Source of the DNA: Octopus sinensis
Taxonomy: Eukaryota
Direction: 5' to 3'
Length of the DNA: 16,348 nt
Assembly: GCF_006345805.1 (NCBI RefSeq)
Contig: NW_021825208.1
Location: forward strand, 1-16,348
The notes beneath the pieces are model-generated. The model had not been told where the DNA came from. It made no database searches and saw only the letters and a program-made list of their open reading frames with translations. A program made the translations under genes and the position numbers. Below are positions 7,494-16,348 of this stretch, in pieces (position 1 is the first letter of the stretch; each line of letters begins with the position of its first letter).

Positions 7494-8712
7494 CAGGCGC
7501 TGGACAAAATAATGGAAACACCTTAAAATTGCAAACAAATTTATTCTAATATGGAGTAGGACCGACTTTGGCAGCAATTACAGCTTCAATTTTATAAGAT
7601 AGGAACTCGTACAAAGTTTGAATTGTTGCCAAAGGAATTTTTGTCCATTCTTCAGCTAAAACAGTTTCCAGTTCTTGCAGTGATATCGACTCATTTGTTT
7701 TTCTAAAATGCACAATATATGTTCAATAATATTGAGATCTGGCGACTGTAGTAGCTGATAAGTTATTCAACTTCACTAGAAAGTTCCTTGTGCCATTCAG
7801 TAACAAACTTTAGCTGTGTGAATTGGTGCATTATCATCCTAAAAGATTGCGTTTTCCTCCGGAAACAGTTCCGCAACCATAGGATGAATTTGATCATATA
7901 AAATGCTTGAATAGTCTTGACTTAATTCTGCCATGAAGAAAACCCCTTGGACCGGCGAATTTCCAAGATATAGCCTTCCAGATCATCATATATCCTCCTC
8001 CATGTTTAACAGTTGGAAGAAGGCAGTCGGAGTGAAATGCTTTTAGCTGTCTCCACATGTATACTCGGCCGGTGGTTGGAAATAAGTTAAAGGATAATTC
8101 GTCCGAGAAAATAACATTCTTCCACTGCTCTAGAGACCTATTCTGTAGGTTTTTATTCCACTCTAAACGCTTTGCAACGTTTCTTTTTGAAAGTAGTAGT
8201 TTTTCTGATTGCAGTCCTCCTATGAAAACCGTTTTTTTTTTGCAGCTCCCAGCGAACAGTTTTTGTGGAAACTGGGTTCTCGAGGTGGTCATTAAGATCT
8301 GTACTTTTGTGTAAGAGTCCGACGATCCCTATTTGAAAGTTTTGGTTTTCTTACGGAGTTTTGTTTCGACGAGGAGGTTTTTCCCTCTTTCTTACAGGCT
8401 GTCATTACTTTCGAGACAGTACTTCTTGATACACCAAACATTTTGGCTGTTTTCGTTATTCTAGCGCCTGCCATACAAGTACCAACAATTTGACCACACT
8501 GAAAAATCGATAGATCTGTCATTTTAATGAATTTTATTTACCTTTTTCTGATGATATCTGAAAAGAAACAACAATTTTAGCAAAAGATATTAAGCAACAC
8601 TAAAAATAAATCAGAAGACATAAAAATAAACAAGCATTTGGCAGTTTTATAGATATTAAAAAAATTACGATGCTATGATCCTAGGTTTTTCCATTATTTT
8701 GTCCCACCCCTG
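7494..8712 (-). mobile_element. Tc1/mariner DNA transposon, both TIRs present, decayed (DD36E spacing)
   Basis: TIR CAGGCGCTGGACAAAATAATGGAAACACCT (7494-7523) matches the reverse complement of 8683-8712 at 26/30. Left flank is TA (7492-7493); right flank reads GA. Length 1219 bp. Confidence 0.92.
7549..8522 (-). pseudogene. Tc1-like DDE transposase pseudogene
   Basis: MTDLSIFQCGQIVG...AKMFGVSRSTVSKV (HTH); WKNVIFSDE (Asp 8103-8101); PTVKHGGG; F*DDNAPIHTAK (Asp 7835-7833); SPDLNIIE (Glu 7724-7722). Several frameshifts and stops. The 3' end coordinate is approximate. Confidence 0.92.
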
Positions 8713-8714
8713 GA

Positions 8715-8834
8715 TGGATATATATATATATATATAAATACAGCCTCCCAGGGACCCTGGGAGGATCTATTTACATGATTTGTGTTTTTTTTTCTTTTCT
8801 AAGACTACGTACATACGAACATACATAGATGCAT

Positions 8835-8905
<71 letters not shown>

Positions 8906-8951
8906 TATATGTATGTATGTATGTATTCATATATATATATATATATTATAT

Positions 8952-8994
<43 letters not shown>

Positions 8995-9036
8995 GTTATA
9001 TATGTATGAATTATATATACATATATATATATGTAT

Positions 9037-9093
<57 letters not shown>

Positions 9094-9120
9094 TATATAT
9101 GTATGTATGTATATATATAG
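8715..9120. repeat. (TA)n/(TATG)n microsatellite region with a short unique insert at ~8740-8800
   Basis: Visible. Confidence 0.85.
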
Positions 9121-9143
9121 TTATTCTCGTCCACTAGCTTTTT

Positions 9144-9546
9144 AGGCGCATGAGTGGCTGTGTGGTAAGAGGCTTGCTTCCCAACCACATGGTTCCTGGT
9201 TCAGTTCCACTCCGTGCCACCTTGGCATGTGTCTTCTACTATAGCCTCGGGCCGACCAAATTCTTGTGAGTGGATTTGATAGACGGAAACTGAAAGAAGC
9301 CCGTCGTGTATATATATATATAAATATATACATATGTATATATGTATGTCTGTGTTTTGTTCTCCCACCATCGCTTAACAACCGATGTTGGTGTATCTGC
9401 GTCCCCGTAATTTAACGGTTCGGCACAAGAGACAATTGGCATAAGTACTCGGCTTACAAAGAATATGTCCTGGGGTCGATTTGTTCGACTAAAAGCGGTG
9501 CTCCAGCATCACTGCAGTGAAATGACTGAAACAAGTAAATGAATAA
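9144..9546 (+). mobile_element. tRNA-derived CORE-like SINE with internal (TA)n microsatellite, near full length
   Basis: Head AGGCGCATGAGTGGCTGTGTGGTAAG; CORE-like GCCACCTTGGCATGTGTCTTCTACT; internal TA run; 3' end ..GCTCCAGCAT..TGACTGAAACAAGTAAA. Homologous to the inverted copies at 11424-12198 and 12731-13105. Confidence 0.85.
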
Positions 9547-9589
9547 CCTCTCCTCCATCTCCCTCACATATTTGTGTGTGTGTGTATAC

Positions 9590-9755
9590 TATGGGCTTCG
9601 TTTATTTTCCGTCTAACAAGTTCACTCACGAGTCATACGTGGGCCCAGTCCATAGTGGAAGACACTATGCCGAGGTCCCGTCCAGTGGCACCATCGCTTA
9701 ATCCGAAACCACATGACAGCAAATCGAGCTTCTTAACCACAAAGCCATACCTGCA
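9590..9755 (-). mobile_element. Degenerate 5' half of the same SINE family
   Basis: Reverse complement reads GCAGGTATGGCTTTGTGGTTAAGAAGC...GTGTCTTCCACTATG...GTGAGTG..TAGACGGAAA..GAAGCCC, aligning to 9144-9305. Confidence 0.65.
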
Positions 9756-9989
9756 TATATATATATACCATTTCACAAAATGTTACCATCATTTAATTAT
9801 ATGTATTTCATCTATTGGTTTCGATATAATCTTTGTTTAACAACGGTACAAAATGCAGTGGGATTTTTTTTACTGCTTTACAATATAACATTTTACAGAT
9901 CATATCAATTATTTCTTATAATGAAGTTTAATATTTCCTAACACCTTACTTAAATTTCTTGTAATGCAACAATTGTCAGTATATATACA

Positions 9990-10101
9990 AGCCCTAACTG
10001 TAAACAGCAACGTGTATGTATGTATGAATGTATGTATGTATGTATGTAAGCGTGTATGTACGTATGAGTAGGTGTATGTAAATATGTACATTCAAACACA
10101 C

Positions 10102-10138
<37 letters not shown>

Positions 10139-10205
10139 TTGTATATCAACACACACACACACGTATGTACACGCACTCACATGCAAGCACACATATACAT
10201 AAATA

Positions 10206-10247
<42 letters not shown>

Positions 10248-10585
10248 ATATTATGTATATATATATATATATATTTATGTGTGTATATATATATATGTAT
10301 ATATGTATGTATATTATATATATATATATACATATATATACGGATCTATGTATTCATATGTATATATGTATATATAAATACATATATATATATATATGTG
10401 TGTGTGTATACATATATACATACACACACACGCACATACACATACACACATATATAATTCTGCTTGTGTTTACGAATGCATAGATCCTCGTCAACATTTT
10501 TCCCCACACACAAGTTTCATACACACTCATACACACACGCACGCACACACACACAAACACACAAACACACACACACACGCATACA
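9990..10585. repeat. Compound (TATG)/(TA)/(CA) microsatellite field
   Basis: Visible; source of the YIYIYI and HTHTH ORFs. Confidence 0.85.
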
Positions 10586-10779
10586 AATAAACACATAGAA
10601 CACACCTGCTCAACCACTCCTCATCAACGTGAGATAAATAGGTGTGAAACACCGTTCGTCAATTCATACCAAAGCTGTTACAGTTTGGTGAGAGATACTT
10701 CTTGGTTGTACTTTTCTTGTATTCCTATGCAACCATACACACATTCATCGCTATATTTACCATTTCCTGTAGCTTACAC

Positions 10780-10850
10780 AGTTTTATTTATTTATTTATT
10801 ATTTATTTATTTATTTTATTTATTTTATTTATTTTATTTACTTATTTATT
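10780..10850. repeat. (TTTA)n/(TTTTA)n tract
   Basis: Visible. Confidence 0.8.
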
Positions 10851-11423
10851 ATCTGGTTTGTACTTTATGCTTTCGTTTACAGTTTCATCTTTTGGTAGAA
10901 TCACCAAATATCATTGTTTCTCTTGTCTTTAAAACAAACAATGAGTTATGCGTGTGTAAGTCTGTTCGTACGGGTGTGTGTATCTGTGTGTGCATACACC
11001 TATATACTTATATATATACATACACAAGCATACACGCACACATACACAAACACACACATACGCACAGACATTTTCATTTATATATGTGTGACTATGCTCT
11101 TCTGCGTTCCACATTGTGAAGTTACAAAGACAGCTCATACACTGGTTGAAAGACCGCCCACCTGTCGGTTTTCTGCTAGTCACTAAATGATATTTACGCA
11201 GTTGATTCCCAGTGTGTCTAATTTTTCTGATGTTATGTATAATTTTTCCTTTGTATCCTTTATTCGTCTTATAACATTCACTGGCTTCGTACATATTTGA
11301 GTCGTTATTTTATCACAGTCTTAATCTATCGTTTTCCTATACACTCCAAGTTAGCCCATATTTTACGCAGTCGTTTAGTATGCTAGAAATATCAGTGATG
11401 ACATTTAAAAATTTTTTTTATCT

Positions 11424-11985
11424 ATTTCAGTAAGTTGACTGCGGCCATGCTGGAGCATCGTCTTTAGTCGAACAAACAAATTCTCCGACTTATTTTTTGT
11501 AAGCCTAGTACTTATTTTGTGGAGGCACATGGCTTAGTGGTTAAAGCAGCGGACTCGCGGTCGAGGGATCGCAGGTTCGAATCTCAGACCGGGCGATGTG
11601 TGTGTTTATAAGCGAAATACCTAAGTTCCACGCGGCTCCAACAGAAGGTAATGGCGAACTTCTGCTGATTCGTTCGCCACAACTTTCTCTCACTCTTTCC
11701 TCCTGCATCTTGCAGGTCACTTGCGACGGACCGGTGTCCCATCCAGGTGGGGAACCTATACGCCAAGGAAACCGGGAAACCGGCCATTATGAGCCAGGCG
11801 TGGCTTGAGAAGGAGCTAACAACAGTACTTATTTTATCGGTATCTTTTGCCAAACCGCTAATTCATGGGTAGTTAAACACACCAACATCGATTGTCAAGT
11901 GATGGCGGGGGACAAACAGACACACACACAAATATGTACATATACATACATACATGCATGCATACATACATACATACATACATAT

Positions 11986-12037
<52 letters not shown>

Positions 12038-12198
12038 GATGGGGATTTTTTTTCAGTTTCTCTCTATCAAATCCACTCACAATGCTTTGATCGGCTCTAT
12101 GCTATAGTAGAAAACACTTGCTTAGGGTACCACGCAGTGGGACTGAACCCGAAACCATGTGGTTGGGAAGCAAGCATCTTACCACACAACCACGTCTG
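11424..12198 (-). mobile_element. Microsatellite-containing SINE, interrupted by a nested SINE at 11519-11823
   Basis: 11424-11518 joined to 11836-12198 is colinear with 12731-13105 and with the reverse complement of 9144-9546. Confidence 0.85.
11519..11823 (+). mobile_element. Nested tRNA-derived SINE with intact A and B boxes and a 12-bp TSD
   Basis: A box TGGCTTAGTGG (11530-11540), B box GGTTCGAATCT (11574-11584). TSD AGTACTTATTTT at 11507-11518 and 11824-11835. Confidence 0.9.
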
Positions 12199-12311
12199 TA
12201 CACTTTAAAACCTATACCATACCGTACAACGACGAAGTCAATTCACCTCTGTAATAGTGTTTTGAAATTCTGCACATATCTGAATAATTTCCCTTTTCTT
12301 AAGAAAAGTTA

Positions 12312-12556
12312 AAGAGTCTTCCTGAGTCATACCAAATCCGAAGGGCCGGTTCTCAGGTTTTCATGGCGTGTATATTCCCCACCGAGATGAAACATCGGTC
12401 CGTCACAGGATTATTCCTTTTTGGCCACCTGGGTGGACTGGAGCAACGTGAAATGAAGTGTTTTGCTCAAGAACATAACGCGTCACCCGATCAAAGAATC
12501 GAAGCCACAAACTTACGGTCATGAGTCCAGCACCCTAACCACTAAGCCCCACGCCT
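12312..12556 (-). mobile_element. tRNA-derived SINE with CORE-like body
   Basis: Reverse complement: AGGCGTGGGGCTTAGTGGTTAGGGTG..GTTCTTGAGCAAAACACTTCATTTCACGTTGCTCCAGTCCAC..TGTGACGGACCGATG..GGTGGGGAA..ACGCC..GAAAACC..AACCGGCC. Confidence 0.8.
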
Positions 12557-12730
12557 TCTGTCATTAAGAAATAAGGAAAAGTATTCATTTAACGAATTCC
12601 AGAAAGGTGGTTTTCTGTCGTCGCTAAATAATATATACATTTTGTTGTGTCTGGAGTGAGCCATTGTGTTTCAATACATTGTGTTTTAACACTCATCGGT
12701 TCAATTTACACTATGTACGCTTTTACTTAT

Positions 12731-13105
12731 TTGCTTGTTTCAGTCATTTGACTGTGGCCACGCTGGAGCACCGCCTTTAGTCGAGCAAATCGACCCCAGG
12801 ATTTATTCTCTGAAAGCCTAGTATTTATTCTATCGGTCTCTTTTGCCGAACCGCTACGTTACGGGGACGTAAGCACACCAGCATCGGTTGTCAAGCGATG
12901 CTGGCGGGGGTGGGGGTAGACAAACACAGACACATAAACGTATACACATACACACATGCATATATACGACGAGCTTCTTTCAGTTTCCAACTACCAAATC
13001 CACTCACAAGGCTTTGGTAGGCCCGAGGTTATAGTAGAAGACACTTGCCCAAGGTGCCAGGCAGTGGGATTGAACCCGGAACCATATGGTTGGTAAGCAA
13101 GCTAC
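12731..13105 (-). mobile_element. Microsatellite-containing CORE-like SINE, slightly 5' truncated
   Basis: Reverse complement contains GGTTCCGGGTTCAATCCCACTG..GGCACCTTGGGCAAGTGTCTTCTACT; colinear with 9144-9546. Confidence 0.85.
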
Positions 13106-13244
13106 ATTTATTTATTTATTTTTCTGAAATTTTTGTTGCTTCTTGCAACCTCTTCCACAGTTGTTGACTCTGTCCGTTATCGGAGCTGCGAATTCACATA
13201 TAGAATCTTGCAAGCCAAATATATACATTAACATTTGTTTTTAT

Positions 13245-13458
13245 GTTCAATTAGAATCGCACGAAGCAGGAGGTTTTGGGGGAGGGGAATAGTCGATTAC
13301 ATCTACCCCAGTGTTCAGCTGGTACTTATTTTATTGACCCCAAATGATGAAAGGCAGAGTCAAACCCGGTGGTATTTGAACTCAGAACTTAAAGACAGAC
13401 GAAATACCGGTCAAAATCCTTGCCCATCGTGCTAACGACTCTGCTACCTCGCCGTCTT
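13245..13458 (-). mobile_element. Monomeric SINE of the 891/14021 family
   Basis: Reverse complement: AAGACGGCGAGGTAGCAGAGTCGTTAGCACG..TTCTGAGTTCAAAT..GCCTTTCATC..AATAAGTACCAG..CACTGGGGT..TAATCGACT..CCCCTCCCCCAAAA. Confidence 0.8.
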
Positions 13459-13931
13459 ATACTCGGCTTTAATAAAAACAATTTTATATTAATGTGATGG
13501 GTAACTCTAAACTTATATAGATTACAAATATATTTTCTTATAATACAAGAATGTTGTTGACAATGACTTCGAAGTTTCGGCCGGATAAGCCATCGTCTGA
13601 ATAAGAATAATAAATAATATTTATACAGTTAATTCTCAATTTCCGCAATTCTTCCGATACTATTGTATTCTCTATTCGTCTAATAGTACTCATTCATTCA
13701 ATAAATAAATTTGGAATAATAGGAAGCACTGAACGACTGTGTTAAAATTTGTGAAGGAATCAGTTATTGCGTTGACTAGCCACGAGAATGTCCGCACTTT
13801 ATTCGCATATATATATATATATATCAAGAGATTTTTGTTACTTTTCGTGACAGAGAGCTGTAATGTACAAATAAAATGTACTAGAAAATTCCTAATGGAA
13901 GACCGAGCTCATGTTCTGCAATGCTTTTCCA

Positions 13932-13934
<3 letters not shown>

Positions 13935-14009
<75 letters not shown>

Positions 14010-14020
14010 TGAGTGTGTGT
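13935..14020. repeat. (GT)n microsatellite
   Basis: Visible. Confidence 0.95.
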
Positions 14021-14425
14021 AAGGCAGCGAGCTGGCAGAAACGTTAGCATGCCGCGCGACGTGCTTAGTGTTATTTCGTCTACAGCTACGTTCTGAGTTC
14101 AAATTCCGCCGAGGTCAGCTTTGCTGTTCATCCTTTCGGGGTCGATTAAATAATTATCAGTTACGCACTGGGGTCGATATAAATTGACTTAATCCGTTTG
14201 TCTGTCCTTGTTTGTCATCTCTGTGTTTAGCCCTTTGTGGGTAGTAAAGAAATAGGTATATTTCGTTTGCCGCTACGTTCTGGGTTCAAATTCCGCCGAG
14301 GTCGACTTTGCCTTTCATTCTTTCGGAGTCGATAAATTAAGTACCAGTTGCTATACTGAGGTCGATTTAATTGACTGGCCCCCTCTCCCAAAATTTTGGG
14401 CCTTGTGCCTAGAGTAGAAAAGAAT
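14021..14425 (+). mobile_element. Dimeric tRNA-derived SINE (head plus two bodies with different tails)
   Basis: Head AAGGCAGCGAGCTGGCAGAAACGTTAGC. Body 1 from ~14069 ends GTGGGTAGTAAAGAAATA. Body 2 from ~14255 ends GGCCCCCTCTCCCAAAATTTTGGGCCTTGTGCCTAGAGTAGAAAAGAAT. (GT)-rich sequence on both sides. Confidence 0.88.
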
Positions 14426-14893
14426 GTGTGTATATGCGTGTATGTGTGTGTGTGTGTGAAATCATCATTAGCAAAAAAAAAACCACACTTTGATAAAAAT
14501 ATATGAAAATTATAATTATAAAGAATTTTCTCTACAACTGTAGACTTTAATCATTGCTTTATTTAGGTAAAAGTTGCATATTACAAAGTAATCAATAAGA
14601 AGTTTGTTTTGTATTATAGTATAGCTACATGATTGTGCATATAGATGGAGGTTCGATACATCATAGAATAGTTATAAAATGCTGGGACAAAGGTCGCTAG
14701 TATGCGGGTTTGATTCCATTATTAGGTCATATGCGAGTAAAAGAAAAGAAATAACTATGGTATATCTAAGCATGTGTATTTATATATATATGAAAACATA
14801 AACATATATATGTGTGTGTGTGTGTGTGTGTGTATGTGTGTGTTTGTGCGTGTGATTGTAGAAATTTTATTTATTTATTTATTTATTTTTCTC

Positions 14894-14921
14894 TAGTTTC
14901 AGCTCAGGGCTGCGGCCATGC
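14894..14921 (-). mobile_element. Possible SINE 3'-end remnant next to a (TTTA)n tract
   Basis: TTTCAG..CTGCGGCCATGC resembles the SINE end at 11425-11450. Only 28 bp. Confidence 0.35.
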
Positions 14922-14954
14922 AGATGCAACAATTTTTTAACAATATATATGCAT

Positions 14955-15118
14955 ATGTTTATCTATCTATTCATCTATCTGTCTGTCTGCCCGTCTGTCT
15001 GTTCCTCTGTCTGTCTGCCCGTCTGTCTGTTCGTCTGTCTGTCTATCTATCAATCTATCTGTCTATCTGTCTATCTATCTATCTATATATCTATCTATAT
15101 ATCTATCTATCTATCTGC

Positions 15119-15152
<34 letters not shown>

Positions 15153-15280
15153 GTCTGTCTGTCTTTCTATCTGTCAGTCTGTCTGTTTGTCTACCTACCT
15201 ACCCATATGCCTACCTACCTACCTACCTACCTACCTACCTAACTACCAACCTACCTATCTACCCAACTAACTATACATTT
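14955..15280. repeat. Compound (TATC)/(TGTC)/(TACC) tetranucleotide tract
   Basis: Visible. Confidence 0.9.
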
Positions 15281-15819
15281 TAAAATTAAACATACAACAT
15301 ATATTTTGAAAGATCTATTTCTCCTTTCTTCTTTGGAAATTTCCTGGTCGAAAGAGGAGTTTTCCCTTGTAGCTACTCTACCATAATAATCAAGTTGATG
15401 AAGATACCTCAAAGAAACATTCCGAATCATTCACAGTTGCTCTGAAACATCCGGTGCATTACAAACAACACTATTTTCAACCATCAACCTAATAATTCGA
15501 AGACACCTGTCAGCCGTCCTATGTCGAACTGAACCGAGTGCTTTTAATTATTTTCATTTGATGGGGAATTGTACTATAACTCTGTTGAATGTAGCAAGAG
15601 CAATCCCAGAGTTCTGCACGCTATTACGACGTCGAAATTTTGATTAATCCCCAATAGTTGTTCTTTGAAAATCAAACGACTCTTTCGCTCCCGGTATTCG
15701 CGGCATGCTTATAAGCAATTACTGAACTGCACACAGAAATGAAAAATTATAGAACTTCAACAAGCTGGAAAAACCAGATAGTGTCCGCACAGATAAAACA
15801 GAACAATGGGATGAGTCTA

Positions 15820-15930
15820 TACGTACATACATGCATACATACATACATACATACATACATACATACATACATACATACATACATACATACGTACGTACGT
15901 AAGTACGTACAAACATACATACATACATAC
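15820..15930. repeat. (TACA)n microsatellite
   Basis: Visible. Confidence 0.9.
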
Positions 15931-15941
15931 AGCATTCAAAA

Positions 15942-16145
15942 TGTGACCGCGTGTGTGCCGTTGACGATTTTTCCCCCTCTGTCTTCCCTTCTCTGGATTT
16001 TTCCTTCTCCTATGTTTCCGACGAAGAGCTCCGCTCGAAACGTTAAACCCTCCTTCTTTCCTTCTTTCCTGGGCGTCCAATAATACAATATTTGTTCCAC
16101 GTCCTCGCGTTGTTGTGTTTTTTGTGCTTTCATGTTTGGATTAAC

Positions 16146-16146
<1 letters not shown>
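15942..16146 (+). mobile_element. ~200-bp dispersed repeat with a hammerhead-like motif, copy 2
   Basis: Homologous to 7283-7484. Motif GTTTCCGACGAAGAGCTCCGCTCGAAACGTTAAAC at 16014-16048. (TACA)n on both sides. Confidence 0.6.
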
Positions 16147-16147
<1 letters not shown>

Positions 16148-16177
<30 letters not shown>

Positions 16178-16230
16178 CATACATACATACAAACATACAT
16201 ACATACATACATACATACATACATACATAC
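16148..16230. repeat. (TACA)n microsatellite
   Basis: Visible. Confidence 0.9.
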
Positions 16231-16348
16231 ACTGAACTATTGAGAAATCTGCAGTTACTCTATCCAGATTACAAGTTCAGGGTTATATCTGTAATAATTG
16301 GAGCCCTGGGATATGTAACATACCTAAAATACCAATCTTAAGAAATTA
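16225..16348 (+). pseudogene. Fragment of the C-terminal restriction-like endonuclease region of an RLE-type non-LTR retrotransposon
   Basis: TYTELLRNLQLLYPDYKFRVISVIIGALGYV resembles the Y..L..EL..L....V.PI.IGALG motif that ends RLE domains in R2/R4/NeSL-type elements. Probable frameshift follows; runs off the window edge. Confidence 0.65.

Noticed and set aside
8780-10617. YIYIYI, HTHTH and CVCVC ORFs here and at 11892-12208, 13739-14047, 14918-15283, 15719-16232
   Set aside because: Translations of di- and tetranucleotide microsatellites.
10615-10670. CTCATCA and GAAAC..GTC motifs suggesting another hammerhead
   Set aside because: The core pieces lie on opposite strands, and no complete fold can be drawn.
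11519-11590. Possible tRNA gene
   Set aside because: A and B boxes are present, but there is no closing acceptor stem and it continues into a SINE body bounded by a TSD.
15285-15730. Mixed-composition stretch that might be an exon or element remnant
   Set aside because: All frames I translated contain stops or lack a recognisable motif; it needs BLASTX to call.
15721-16238. ACTGAACT direct repeat (15721-15728, 16231-16238) as a TSD, and NKLEKPDSVRTDK as an RLE PD motif
   Set aside because: Joining the flanks gives no RLE-like upstream sequence, and the PD-like match lacks the expected following residues. An 8-bp match can arise by chance.

Overview
AT-rich, repeat-dense eukaryotic DNA with no intact host gene that I can support. 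The SINE types and the (TA)/(TATG)/(CA) microsatellite load suggest an octopod cephalopod (inference; no database search was run). Contents: (i) a 3.4-kb composite tandem array (about 3156-6560) of three interleaved units, 10 bp (TTTGAACCGG), 22 bp (TGTCGGCACCGTCTTTGATCTC) and 9 bp (GACATTCCW), with higher-order duplication and an internal inversion; (ii) two decayed Tc1-superfamily transposons on the minus strand, a truncated TRT/DD37E-like copy (1333-2068) and a near-complete copy with 30-bp TIRs and DD36E spacing (7494-8712); (iii) about ten tRNA-derived SINE copies, including dimers and a nested insertion with a 12-bp TSD; (iv) two copies of a ~200-bp repeat with a minimal hammerhead-ribozyme-like fold, plus a third, unrelated degenerate hammerhead-like motif; (v) an RLE-type non-LTR endonuclease fragment at the right edge; (vi) many microsatellites. 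The main hypothesis is that each satellite unit matches the consensus site of a developmental transcription factor: Grainyhead/CP2, TCF/LEF with a Helper-like site, and TEAD/Scalloped. For two of them the period equals the known cooperative spacing. The array could be a natural multimerised TF-binding cassette, but this is motif-level inference only. Nearly all ORFs in the supplied track are repeat artefacts. All counts are by hand.
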